IMG/VR virus record: IMGVR_UViG_3300021378_001718
Location: 7,047 to 71,046 of that record
Origin: a virus
Reading direction: 5' to 3' (one strand)
Length of the DNA: 64,000 nt
Shown: positions 30,728 through 39,778 of the stretch, piece by piece
How the letters are laid out: each line of letters starts with the position of its first letter
How positions within the stretch are numbered: position 1 is the first letter of the stretch
The notes under the pieces: model-generated
The model's database searches: none
Seen by the model: the letters and a program-made list of their open reading frames with translations, nothing else
What the model was told of the DNA's origin: nothing
Translations under genes and position numbers: made by a program

Positions 30728-31552
30728 ATGTCTTTCAAAGTACATCTAATACATGATTTAAATTACGGTTTTAACGAGCCAACAGAAGCCGCTGACTTAG
30801 AGTTACCTGACTGTGATTTAGTTATACTCAATGGTAATTTAGCAGAACATAGTAAACGTAGCATGTTATATGCGTATGAATTGTGTGAGAAATACCCCGA
30901 TATACAATTTGTTTATAATGAAGGTTATAAAGAAAGATTTAGAGGTATCGTAGATAAATGTAATTATGAATATGAAGACAGCATACTCATAAGATTAGCA
31001 CAACCAGACTGGCCTGACAATTTGCATTGGAAAGATCCTAGATCACCACATGGATTAAGTATTCTTTTGCAAACAAATCAAACAATTTCTGTATGGACTG
31101 CGTTTGGATTTCCTAATATTATCAACTATGAAGGTGAGTGGGAAGATACGTGGTTCTATTGTAATATAAGTGAAGGACAGATTCCAGTATATAACTTAGA
31201 GTCAGATATTTTGCCTGATACAGATTTAAAAATTTACGGAGACATTGATAAGTGGGCAACTAAAGAATATATTCAACAAAGATTCATAGAACAAGAAGAC
31301 ATGATTAGAGATTGGGAAACTAAAGAAATTGCACACAAACATTACGGCATACTCGTAACACATTTAAATCCATATAAAGATCCAAGACTAGATGGTATTA
31401 CATACAAGTCTTATAACATTCATTTGCATAACAGACTGTGGGCAACTACTAATCAGAAATCAACAATCAATTATGTGGGTGCTGACTTAGTTGCGAATCC
31501 AGGACGTGGATCAGGGCCTCGCGGGGAAGTGCTTGTAGTAGATCGAATCTAA
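30728..31552 (+). CDS. Degenerate calcineurin-like metallophosphoesterase-fold protein
   Basis: Motif order kept (LIHDL, DLVILNGNL, YNEGYKE, LVTH, NPGRG) but the usual ligands are altered. Confidence 0.5.
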   Translation: MSFKVHLIHDLNYGFNEPTEAADLELPDCDLVILNGNLAEHSKRSMLYAYELCEKYPDIQFVYNEGYKERFRGIVDKCNYEYEDSILIRLAQPDWPDNLHWKDPRSPHGLSILLQTNQTISVWTAFGFPNIINYEGEWEDTWFYCNISEGQIPVYNLESDILPDTDLKIYGDIDKWATKEYIQQRFIEQEDMIRDWETKEIAHKHYGILVTHLNPYKDPRLDGITYKSYNIHLHNRLWATTNQKSTINYVGADLVANPGRGSGPRGEVLVVDRI

Positions 31553-32512
31553 AAATACTTTTTGTTCTGCTTTTAAATCTATCTTATACTCATTCATATC
31601 TTTATTGACATTTGGTCCCTTGGCTAATGGATCTCTGAACTGTCTTTCAAATGCCCAACCATCTCCTGTCTTTTCTTCAAAAAAATCTTTAACTTTTTCA
31701 AATCCTGTATACTTAGTATCTTGTTGCATGATATCAAAACCTATACGTTTGTATCCAATAATCTTTTGCTCATACTTTGCATGACGTATTTTTTTGTATG
31801 TTTCCCAATCTGCATGATCTTCTTCTAATTTAACACCTGCTTCAGGAGTAGAGACTGCGAGTGCTAATGCTAACTCAGGACTAAAAGATAAAAAACTACC
31901 TTGTACTGCTATTTGAAACTTATCATGGCATTTGAGCCAATGCATTGCATTTTTTTCAAAGTTAGTGCCATAGTCTCCATTAACTCTGTCAGGCGCTCCT
32001 CCTCCAAAACATACACCTGTATAACCCATATGAGTTAAGATTTCTACAAATCTATAATGTGTATTAAACTGTGGACTAAGTCCACCATATTGTTCTGTCA
32101 TTGCTAGATTGTCTCTAGTTAAAAATGACACAATATCAAATTCTATTTCTCTGTAAGGTATGTCAAATGTATGACAGTATGCTTTAGCATGATCTACATC
32201 ATGTTTGTTTAAGCCATCTTTAAACGTAAAGATAATAACATGAGCCTCTAAATCTGCTTCTGCAAAACAATGTAACATTGCTTGACTATCGATGCCACCA
32301 CTAAAACATAATGCTGGAAACTGACCCAGTGTTGCATGACATCTTTCTGCGGCTTCTATTCTCCACTTCTTTAATTTCTCGTCAGTAAAATTTTCTAATT
32401 CTTGTATAGTTTTTATAGGAACATTAATTTTATTTCCCTTACCATTTTCATTAAGAAACCCTGAAGTATCTAACCAATTATTATAAAAAGGAACTGTTTT
32501 ATATTGCGACAA
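31511..32512 (-). CDS. PP-loop ATP pyrophosphatase / asparagine-synthase-like protein
   Basis: ALCFSGGIDSQ PP-loop. Confidence 0.7.
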   Translation of the reverse strand: MSQYKTVPFYNNWLDTSGFLNENGKGNKINVPIKTIQELENFTDEKLKKWRIEAAERCHATLGQFPALCFSGGIDSQAMLHCFAEADLEAHVIIFTFKDGLNKHDVDHAKAYCHTFDIPYREIEFDIVSFLTRDNLAMTEQYGGLSPQFNTHYRFVEILTHMGYTGVCFGGGAPDRVNGDYGTNFEKNAMHWLKCHDKFQIAVQGSFLSFSPELALALAVSTPEAGVKLEEDHADWETYKKIRHAKYEQKIIGYKRIGFDIMQQDTKYTGFEKVKDFFEEKTGDGWAFERQFRDPLAKGPNVNKDMNEYKIDLKAEQKVFLDSIYYKHFPARP

Positions 32513-33131
32513 CTTTTTTCACCATTTTATTTAATATATGTTCATCTGTGTTAATGTTTAATACTAACATTAAACAATTATCAACAAAACTAAACAAACT
32601 ATGTAGTCTGCTTGTGTTAATAAAATATGTTGCACCTAATTCTAAGTTCAACACACGATCTTCTTGTATCCACTTCATGTCGTTAGGACCAAAGTTATAT
32701 ATAGGTACAAGAATTCTAAATGTTGGTACTGCTACTATTGCACCATTATCTCTATGCGGTGGAAAAAATCCACCTTTATCTAATCTTAAAAAATGTGTTC
32801 TACCTAGATTAGGTTCCCAAAAATTTAAAAATTCGTCTAGTTCTGGTATCAATGCACAGACATTTGTTCTAGTTGTGAAGTCTCCTTCATTGTAAGACTC
32901 ACCATGTATTCTATCCCACTCTCTCAAACTGTTTAAATCAGGGCCGTCAAACTTACCATCTAAACTTGTAACACTTAAGCCGTGTCGATTATTGGGCTTC
33001 TTATGACCTTGATATTCTTTCCATCCTGGGTGCTTACCACATACGTCTTTGACTCTATTCAAGTCCATTTTGGGGAAGTCTAATTCTACAACTTCTCCCC
33101 AGTTAACAATAAAGTCAGTTAGTGAAGCCAT
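32499..33131 (-). CDS. Aspartyl/asparaginyl beta-hydroxylase-like 2OG oxygenase
   Basis: GGFFPPHRD, YFINT...HS. Confidence 0.7.
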   Translation of the reverse strand: MASLTDFIVNWGEVVELDFPKMDLNRVKDVCGKHPGWKEYQGHKKPNNRHGLSVTSLDGKFDGPDLNSLREWDRIHGESYNEGDFTTRTNVCALIPELDEFLNFWEPNLGRTHFLRLDKGGFFPPHRDNGAIVAVPTFRILVPIYNFGPNDMKWIQEDRVLNLELGATYFINTSRLHSLFSFVDNCLMLVLNINTDEHILNKMVKKVVAI

Positions 33132-33159
33132 ATATCATATTTATTCAGTAAATAGTAGT

Positions 33160-33594
33160 ATGCAATTAAAATTTATAGTTCCCCAAGAAGATGCTTACGC
33201 AATCAAATGTAAAATAGCACGTTCAATTTGTGAAGGTGTATCAGCATTAATGTCGTTACCTGACTCTTTAACTATAGAGTTTGTAGCAATGCCTAGCAAT
33301 GTATACGGAGACTCTACATTAGATAACAAAAGTAACAAGTTAGTCAGACTTAACTCACAGTTACGTGTAAACGATCTAATGATACCTCTCGTACATGAAC
33401 TAATACATGTGAATCAAATGCATGAAGGTAAACTAATGATTACACACGATGGTATATTTATTTGGGATACTCTTCCTTATGAACTTAACTTAGAAGACAT
33501 GCATTGGAGAGACTATCAAATGTTACCATGGGAAGCAGATGTCAGACATAGACAACCGAAGTTATTAGAAGAATTACTTAAATCTTACAAGTAA
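33160..33594 (+). CDS. Zn metallopeptidase-like protein
   Basis: VHELIHVNQ (HExxH), PWE.D. Confidence 0.75.
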   Translation: MQLKFIVPQEDAYAIKCKIARSICEGVSALMSLPDSLTIEFVAMPSNVYGDSTLDNKSNKLVRLNSQLRVNDLMIPLVHELIHVNQMHEGKLMITHDGIFIWDTLPYELNLEDMHWRDYQMLPWEADVRHRQPKLLEELLKSYK

Positions 33595-34444
33595 TAGAAG
33601 GTGTATCTTTGTAATCATTTATAGATACGCCATAGTGTTCACACAAATTGGTTTTTGTTTCAGAATCTAATGTTGGCCATTCACTTATTGAATCTATTAT
33701 TTTGTCATTATCCCTCTGATCTTTCCAGTCAAGTTTAAATGCATTGGGTCTTATCATATATGCTTTGACCCAATCAGTAACACACAACGACATTTCATTT
33801 TGACTAAAGTATTCTCTTAACTCTATCTGGGTCCCAGGACCATTGCCTAGTTCATATACATATTTGTCTGAATGATATCTTAACGTTGTTTTTTCAAACG
33901 TATCACTGTCGCAGTATAAGAACCAATCTTGTATGGCAATATCTTTACCTTGTTTATGATCACTTAGATTTGTATGTAGTTCTAATCCTGTTGTGTAGAC
34001 TGTATTTTTTGTCGGTGGAATAATTTCTATTGGCATTCCTGCCCTGTCTCCCCAAATGTGTTTGAGTCTGACTGGCATAACATCAGGTCTAGTATCAAAT
34101 ACACAATCATATTTTCGATTTAATTCTTTTTCTCGTAATCTTTTATACGGTAATATAAGTGTGTTCATAAAAGCAGGACCAAGATGTCCATTATAATATT
34201 TGCCTTCTGGATCACCTTCTAATATACTATTATCTAGTTCTGAACTTATAATTTGAAAGTGAATTAAATTTTGATATTCAAATGTTTCTTTGACGCCATC
34301 GATACTAGATGTATCCCAAGTTGTAAAGTAATAATCAACATTATCTGCAATCTTATTATAAAAGTCAAAGACTTTTGATGCATTAAAATTCCATGTTCGT
34401 ACATGTCCTCTTAATACTACAGCAATGTTTTTCATCTTTTTCAT
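33578..34444 (-). CDS. Hypothetical protein, possible glycosyltransferase-like
   Basis: IAVVLRGHVR...FTTW...YD.V..TRPD pattern. Confidence 0.5.
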   Translation of the reverse strand: MKKMKNIAVVLRGHVRTWNFNASKVFDFYNKIADNVDYYFTTWDTSSIDGVKETFEYQNLIHFQIISSELDNSILEGDPEGKYYNGHLGPAFMNTLILPYKRLREKELNRKYDCVFDTRPDVMPVRLKHIWGDRAGMPIEIIPPTKNTVYTTGLELHTNLSDHKQGKDIAIQDWFLYCDSDTFEKTTLRYHSDKYVYELGNGPGTQIELREYFSQNEMSLCVTDWVKAYMIRPNAFKLDWKDQRDNDKIIDSISEWPTLDSETKTNLCEHYGVSINDYKDTPSITCKI

Positions 34445-34680
34445 CGTCTTTTCTTTTTAGTCTTCTGTACAGGTTTTCTCTTTATGGGCGACAATTCATC
34501 AACATAATCCCAATCTTCTCTGAATAGACAGAAACGTCTGTTCTTATCAAGTGTTTCATAAACAAATTGCATTGCTAACATCTGTACAACTTTGCCTTCA
34601 AATCTGCCGTTGAGTTTACATATGTGATATATTAAGTCTCCTACTTGTGGATTCTTTTTGCTTTTCTTTTTAATTACCAT
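34441..34680 (-). CDS. Hypothetical basic protein
   Basis: 79-aa ORF coupled within operon. Confidence 0.6.
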   Translation of the reverse strand: MVIKKKSKKNPQVGDLIYHICKLNGRFEGKVVQMLAMQFVYETLDKNRRFCLFREDWDYVDELSPIKRKPVQKTKKKRR

Positions 34681-35513
34681 AGTTCTTTCTCTCTACAATG
34701 TTGATATAAATATTCAGCCCAGTGCTTGTGTCCTTCAGCACTAGGATGAAAAATAATAAAAACTTCTTCAGCAGTTCCTTTAGTTAACATATGTTGCCAT
34801 GCAGTCGTGTCTCTAATAAACGTATCACTGTCAATATCTTCCCATAGTGCTTTATCGCCTGGCGTAATCTTATTAAAATTCTTTTCGTATTCTTCATCGT
34901 CCCATTGATAAATCATCTTTTCATGGTGATGATAAAATGCTTGATGCATAACAAACTTAATGTTATAGTTTTTTAGTATCTTTGACATTTGCCAAACTTG
35001 ATTAATGTGTCTATGTATAAACTCAGACTCTGACCAAAACTTATCAAAGTATAAACGAAAGAATTTATTTAAATCTTCATCACCTTCATGGTCTTGATCC
35101 ATACTCCACGGACCGAATGCAATATAATGATCATCAAATCCTGTTTCACTATGACGCCATGGCTTTCTAGTATGAAACTCTCTACGTTCTGGACTAGACC
35201 AACCGATCGATATAAACAAGTCCGCAGTATCTCTACCTGTAAAGTATCCTTCTGTAGACAAGTACTCCATTAAAACTCTTACGATTGCATCATTTGATAA
35301 TGACGGCTCACTTAAATCTACTAGTTCATCTGCATTCATCATGTCTGCAAATCGATTGATATATCTATTCTTTAATCTGTATTCTATGTTCTCTGGTATG
35401 CTTTGTCTTTCAAATCCACCACCTGGTAAGTTCATAATTGGATCTGGGTCTATAGCAGGGTCTACTAACTCTGCACCCCAACACCAACTATCTCCTACTC
35501 CAATTAGTTTCAT
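34674..35513 (-). CDS. SGNH-hydrolase-like protein
   Basis: GDSW, SN, HPSAEGH. Confidence 0.7.
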   Translation of the reverse strand: MKLIGVGDSWCWGAELVDPAIDPDPIMNLPGGGFERQSIPENIEYRLKNRYINRFADMMNADELVDLSEPSLSNDAIVRVLMEYLSTEGYFTGRDTADLFISIGWSSPERREFHTRKPWRHSETGFDDHYIAFGPWSMDQDHEGDEDLNKFFRLYFDKFWSESEFIHRHINQVWQMSKILKNYNIKFVMHQAFYHHHEKMIYQWDDEEYEKNFNKITPGDKALWEDIDSDTFIRDTTAWQHMLTKGTAEEVFIIFHPSAEGHKHWAEYLYQHCREKELW

Positions 35514-35965
35514 GCTCTCATCACTTTAATTTTCTGTACCCAATCACTACATATACCTGCACAGTCTACGTTTAGTATATTCTTTAATGTTTCATCTTGT
35601 ACTTCTGGCATAACCATAATACTACGGTTCGTTAATTCTCTACCTATATTAGTCCATACATATTTTTTGTTTGTTAATGTGTAATCATCATATTCGTGCC
35701 AAAATGCATTTGTTTCATTCATTTCGATGCCACAAAAGAAACGTAATGCTTCTAGGTTCTTACAATGCATCCAATATCTTTTGTCTAATGATGTAATATT
35801 AACAGTATATTGAGGTTCGTCATGACCAAAGACTATCTCTCCGTCTATAACCCAAGTATCAACTTCTACATCAAAGCCTGCTTGTAATGCTTCTCTTATA
35901 TGATCAGGATGATTTTCTAATGCAGACGGCCCGTTCATGTTTCCTCTGTGTGCAATGTATTTCAT
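35510..35965 (-). CDS. Glycerophosphodiester-phosphodiesterase-like protein
   Basis: IAHRGN, EN, DVEVD, GHD, GICSD. Confidence 0.75.
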   Translation of the reverse strand: MKYIAHRGNMNGPSALENHPDHIREALQAGFDVEVDTWVIDGEIVFGHDEPQYTVNITSLDKRYWMHCKNLEALRFFCGIEMNETNAFWHEYDDYTLTNKKYVWTNIGRELTNRSIMVMPEVQDETLKNILNVDCAGICSDWVQKIKVMRA

Positions 35966-36684
35966 AGTGTTTTTAGTATTTCCCAAGTTTCTTTATAACC
36001 GTTATCTATTTTATAAGTTTTACCTCGATTGTCTGGGAGCCATTCTAATTTTGTTGCAAGGGGAGTATCAATGCCATACTTTCCATATTGATCACAAAAG
36101 AAAATAATAGTGTCTTCTCCAGTATCTATTAATTCTAGTATTTGACCTTTGTTTGCACCACGTAAACAGATATCAATGCTCACACTTCCACCTGCATATG
36201 CTTCAAGTCTAGGAAAATTATCATTTAGTTGAATGATAAAGTTTTCTCTTTCGTTATACAACTTATCATGCTCCATATAATGACTTCTAAGTTCTCTGTC
36301 TTTACTTCTAGTTGCTAGAGAAAAGTTATAACTGCCTTGTCTTTTTTCTATGACTGTATCGAACTCAGGTTTTTGATCATATATACTTCTGCTCCAAAAA
36401 CTATAGAAGTGATTCATTTCATCTTCAGTAAATTCAAATTCATTAATAAGAACTTCTCCACCTGCTGGGGGATAGATAGCATTACCTATGCAATGAAAGC
36501 CGATCTCTTGGTGATCAGGAATTGCTCTGCCGATTTGATCAATTGTTTTTTCTTTATGACTACCTGTAACTAGATAGTATGTTTTATCTTTGGACCAGCA
36601 TTGAAAGTAGTTACTAAACTCGTCATCAATAAGTTGACCAGTATCACAAAGCACACCGTCGACATCAAAAATATATTTTATCAT
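35962..36684 (-). CDS. HAD hydrolase, eukaryote-type phosphomannomutase-like
   Basis: FDVDGVL, LVTGS, NFS, GGSVSIDI, K, G.D.P. Confidence 0.75.
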   Translation of the reverse strand: MIKYIFDVDGVLCDTGQLIDDEFSNYFQCWSKDKTYYLVTGSHKEKTIDQIGRAIPDHQEIGFHCIGNAIYPPAGGEVLINEFEFTEDEMNHFYSFWSRSIYDQKPEFDTVIEKRQGSYNFSLATRSKDRELRSHYMEHDKLYNERENFIIQLNDNFPRLEAYAGGSVSIDICLRGANKGQILELIDTGEDTIIFFCDQYGKYGIDTPLATKLEWLPDNRGKTYKIDNGYKETWEILKTL

Positions 36685-37001
36685 ACAAGGTACTTATCCT
36701 TAGAATCGCCAGGTACTTTAATGCAAACAATAGTACAGTCTTCATAAAACGTTGGGTCTGCTATTTCATCAGGTTCAATGATAAACGTATCTCCTGTTGT
36801 TAAATCAGTATTACACACGTTCATTGATCCTTTGATTAATATGTTGTATTCAGTTCCCTGCTTGTGATAGTGTGCAGTCCACTTTTCGTCTTTTAGATGT
36901 GTTAGTACACCAACTTCAAAATCTTTAGTCTTAAGTAAACTAGGCTCAAAGTCACCAATGACCCAACCCCTAGTTGTGTCTGATAACTTCCCTACGATCA
37001 C
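36681..37001 (-). CDS. Cupin-domain protein
   Basis: RGWVIGDFEP, HYHK..TEY; GTG start overlapping upstream stop. Confidence 0.7.
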   Translation of the reverse strand: MIVGKLSDTTRGWVIGDFEPSLLKTKDFEVGVLTHLKDEKWTAHYHKQGTEYNILIKGSMNVCNTDLTTGDTFIIEPDEIADPTFYEDCTIVCIKVPGDSKDKYLV

Positions 37002-37705
37002 TTTTCTAAGTAGTCTGCTAAATCTTGAGGAGTACCGATGAATGAAATGTCTTTGGATTCTATTTGATAGAAGCCAGCCTCGCCTTCGAACCAATTATAA
37101 ACAGGTCCGATGTAGTATTCTCCTTGAGACTTCATACCTGATTGCATCATTAAACGAGTGCTAGTTATAAAGTCTGAGCCTTTCTTAAAGTAATGAAGTC
37201 CAGTTAATGCCATGTTACCTGCTTGTACTTCTTTTTCAAAAATAGCACCAGTTACTAAATCTAAGTAACTATGTTTTGGATCATCACTTTCAAGGCAAAT
37301 AATTCCTGCTTCAAACTCTCTTAGTTTTTCAAACACATCATCTCTTAATTTGTCGTCCCAATGCATAATTTGATCACAGTTTGCAATCAATAGTTCTTCA
37401 TCATTTTCAATATATTGGTGTGCTTGAATAGCAGTCTGAGCGGCACCTTCTGTTTGTCCCACTACAACTAAAACTTTACATCCTGGAAACTCTGCTTGTA
37501 ACCGAGTACCCAAAAGATTATGTGTATCATCTAACATGTCTTCAGGAAGCAAAAAGATAAATTGATTACCGTCTTTGTTTAATCCTAGACTTTTTGCGGC
37601 AGCCACTAACATAGGGTCGCCCTTTACGTCTATCATATTTTTAGGTGAATCATGGCTCTCTTTAAAACGAGTTCCTAGTCCTGCGGCTGGTATTAATATG
37701 TTCAT
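36998..37705 (-). CDS. Sugar-phosphate nucleotidyltransferase-like protein
   Basis: ILIPAAGLGTRF, PK, GAA.T, IANCDQ, GTPQDL. Confidence 0.82.
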   Translation of the reverse strand: MNILIPAAGLGTRFKESHDSPKNMIDVKGDPMLVAAAKSLGLNKDGNQFIFLLPEDMLDDTHNLLGTRLQAEFPGCKVLVVVGQTEGAAQTAIQAHQYIENDEELLIANCDQIMHWDDKLRDDVFEKLREFEAGIICLESDDPKHSYLDLVTGAIFEKEVQAGNMALTGLHYFKKGSDFITSTRLMMQSGMKSQGEYYIGPVYNWFEGEAGFYQIESKDISFIGTPQDLADYLEK

Positions 37706-37752
37706 GCTTATATTTAGTAGGTTTTTAGGCTCTAAAAAATTTTTAAAAAGAC

Positions 37753-37781
37753 TTGACTTTATACCCAAAACCCAGTATAAT
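37753..37781 (+). promoter_or_regulatory. Strong sigma70-type early promoter
   Basis: A-tract, TTGACT-N17-TATAAT. Confidence 0.75.
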
Positions 37782-37861
37782 AGTATTATATCATCAAAAA
37801 GAACGATTGCTATCATAAGAACCATTGCTCTAATTGATATATACAACAAAAGGGTAAAATA

Positions 37862-38461
37862 ATGTCTCAATTTTTCACAGCAGATTTACATTTTGGTCAC
37901 AACAACGTGATCAATTTCACCTATCCGGATGGCACAAAGTGTCGTCCATATGATTCTGTGGAAGACATGGAAGATGATATGGTTCAAGCACACAATGAGA
38001 TTGTGAAGCCAACTGATAAAGTCTACATGTTGGGAGACATTGCCTTTAATGCTAGAGGACTTGAGAAAGTCAAGCAAATGAACGGCATCAAAATACTTGT
38101 CAAGGGTAACCACGATCAGTTAAAGTTGAGCAAGTACGTAGATGTATTCAAAGATGTCAGAGGTTGTCATGTAATGAACGGGTTAGTGTTTACTCACATA
38201 CCAATACATGTTGATCAGTTAGGCAGATTTGGATGCAACGTACATGGTCACTTACATGGTGGCAAAGTGATGCAAGGTGATAAGATTGACCCTAGGTTCT
38301 TGTGTGTCTCTGTTGAGCATACAGACTTAAAGCCTATTGAGTTTGAAGATATGGTTGAAAAAATTGTAGCACAAGGTGGTAAGTTAGGTATGGTACAAGG
38401 TAACGGTCCGACTCCCAAGAAAGATCAGGCTACCCAAAATGCTTTATTTAACTCCCACTAA
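37862..38461 (+). CDS. Calcineurin-like metallophosphoesterase
   Basis: DLHFGH, LGD, GNHD, THIP, HGHLH. Confidence 0.9.
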   Translation: MSQFFTADLHFGHNNVINFTYPDGTKCRPYDSVEDMEDDMVQAHNEIVKPTDKVYMLGDIAFNARGLEKVKQMNGIKILVKGNHDQLKLSKYVDVFKDVRGCHVMNGLVFTHIPIHVDQLGRFGCNVHGHLHGGKVMQGDKIDPRFLCVSVEHTDLKPIEFEDMVEKIVAQGGKLGMVQGNGPTPKKDQATQNALFNSH

Positions 38462-38477
38462 GTTGTATAATACATCA

Positions 38478-38607
38478 CATGACGCAAAACGTTAAATTGC
38501 TATCTATTGCTAAGGGTTGTGTCGAACAAGTTAGAGTCTCTTCAGGCACCCGCTGAAGGGTTAGGTAAGTCTTAAGATTTACACTGTTAGAGACTCTCTT
38601 TTATTTT
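38478..38607 (+). ncRNA. Candidate structured RNA (multi-stem)
   Basis: TATAAT at 38466; outer stem agagtctct/agagactct enclosing two hairpins; T-run after. Confidence 0.4.
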
Positions 38608-38616
38608 AAGGAACAA

Positions 38617-38766
38617 ATGAACGAAGTAGTACAAGAACCAAAGCCAGTAAGTCACATAGGAAACTTCTGGTGTCACATTAGAAAAGACTTTTTTAAATGG
38701 GACGAACTTATTGCATATTATAAATTATGCGATTTAATTGAAAATCAAAATAACTCTAAAGGATAG
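38617..38766 (+). CDS. 49-aa hypothetical protein
   Basis: MNEVVQEPKPVSHIGNFWCHIRK...; SD aagga. Confidence 0.55.
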   Translation: MNEVVQEPKPVSHIGNFWCHIRKDFFKWDELIAYYKLCDLIENQNNSKG

Positions 38767-38769
38767 TTT

Positions 38770-39084
38770 ATGACTACAATGACTCCGGATCAAAATTGGA
38801 CTGATGAAGAATGGAACAGTTTTAGATCACAAGTTAAAGATGTACTCGTTAAGGATGTAGTAGAAGTTACTTTTACAAAAATCAATGGTGATGAACGTAT
38901 AATGACTTGCACACTACAACCAGACAACTTACCTAAAGTTGTAATCAAAGAAGGTGAAGAAAAGAAAGAAAGGGTTATAAAAAATCCTGAGAAAAGTCTT
39001 GCCGTCTATGATACAAAAGCAGAAGGTTGGAGAAGTTTCCTTATCAGAAACATCAAGTCAGTAAATACAACCCCGCGCCTGTAA
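38770..39084 (+). CDS. SH3/Sm-like beta-barrel protein (WYL_2-like)
   Basis: VEVTFTKINGDERIMTCTL...VYD....WRSF. Confidence 0.75.
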   Translation: MTTMTPDQNWTDEEWNSFRSQVKDVLVKDVVEVTFTKINGDERIMTCTLQPDNLPKVVIKEGEEKKERVIKNPEKSLAVYDTKAEGWRSFLIRNIKSVNTTPRL

Positions 39085-39151
39085 CTCAGTTGGATAGAGT
39101 ACCTGGCTACGAACCAGGAAGTCGGAGGTTCGACTCCTTCCAGGCGCGCCA
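39075..39151 (+). tRNA. tRNA-Arg(ACG)
   Basis: cctgg-ctacgaa-ccagg anticodon arm; GTTCGA; CCA. Confidence 0.94.
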
Positions 39152-39173
39152 ATCAACATAAGGAAAAGTTTTA

Positions 39174-39249
39174 CCGCTCTTAGTTCAGTGGATAGAACAA
39201 CTGCCTTCTAAGCAGTAGGTCCCAGGTTCGAATCCTGGAGGGCGGGCCA
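39174..39249 (+). tRNA. tRNA-Arg(UCU)
   Basis: actgc-cttctaa-gcagt; GTTCGAATCC; CCA. Confidence 0.94.
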
Positions 39250-39269
39250 AATAACAAGGTCACTATAAT

Positions 39270-39449
39270 ATGAAAAAGAAACAGAGAATACCCTTGAAGG
39301 GCGGTGCAGAGTATGATGCACTAACCAAGGCACGTGGGTTTTACGTCTATCTAACGAACAGTGGTGTTGCTAAGTCAATCAAACGTGGATACAACAAACG
39401 ATTTAGAAGACACCAAAAAGAAGAACTACGCAAAGGAGACGAGGAATGA
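39270..39449 (+). CDS. 59-aa basic hypothetical protein
   Basis: MKKKQRIPLKGGAEYDALT...YNKRFRR; ATGA overlap with next gene. Confidence 0.65.
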   Translation: MKKKQRIPLKGGAEYDALTKARGFYVYLTNSGVAKSIKRGYNKRFRRHQKEELRKGDEE

Positions 39450-39751
39450 GTAGTCCAAGTCAATGTCCAAGTTGCAATATTGCATGGGAAGAAGAGGAAA
39501 CGATTACTGAACACTTTGAACGTAAAGGCTATACTCTGCGTAAAGCATTACAGACAGGTGCAATGTATGGGTGTACACCAGATACACCAAAACACTTTGG
39601 TAAAAACGTAATCGGCATGGAAGTACGAGGCAAATACGATGGTGTCAGTTACTGGAAGTGTACTGTATGTGAAGTAGTACATGACCGATGGACATTACAA
39701 CCCATAGATGAAAAGTTTGATAACAAAAAAAGGGCGAATAAAAATGTGTAG
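39446..39751 (+). CDS. Hypothetical Zn-binding protein
   Basis: CPSC...YDGVSYWKCTVC. Confidence 0.65.
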   Translation: MSSPSQCPSCNIAWEEEETITEHFERKGYTLRKALQTGAMYGCTPDTPKHFGKNVIGMEVRGKYDGVSYWKCTVCEVVHDRWTLQPIDEKFDNKKRANKNV

Positions 39752-39778
39752 GTTGCTGAAATCTCACTAAATATTGTT

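Noticed and set aside
38478-38607. tmRNA, glycine riboswitch or hammerhead identity for the structured region
   Set aside because: No tag-peptide frame or tRNA-like ends; TCAGG/GAAG elements are in the wrong order for a glycine aptamer; the CUGANGA...GAAA core is absent
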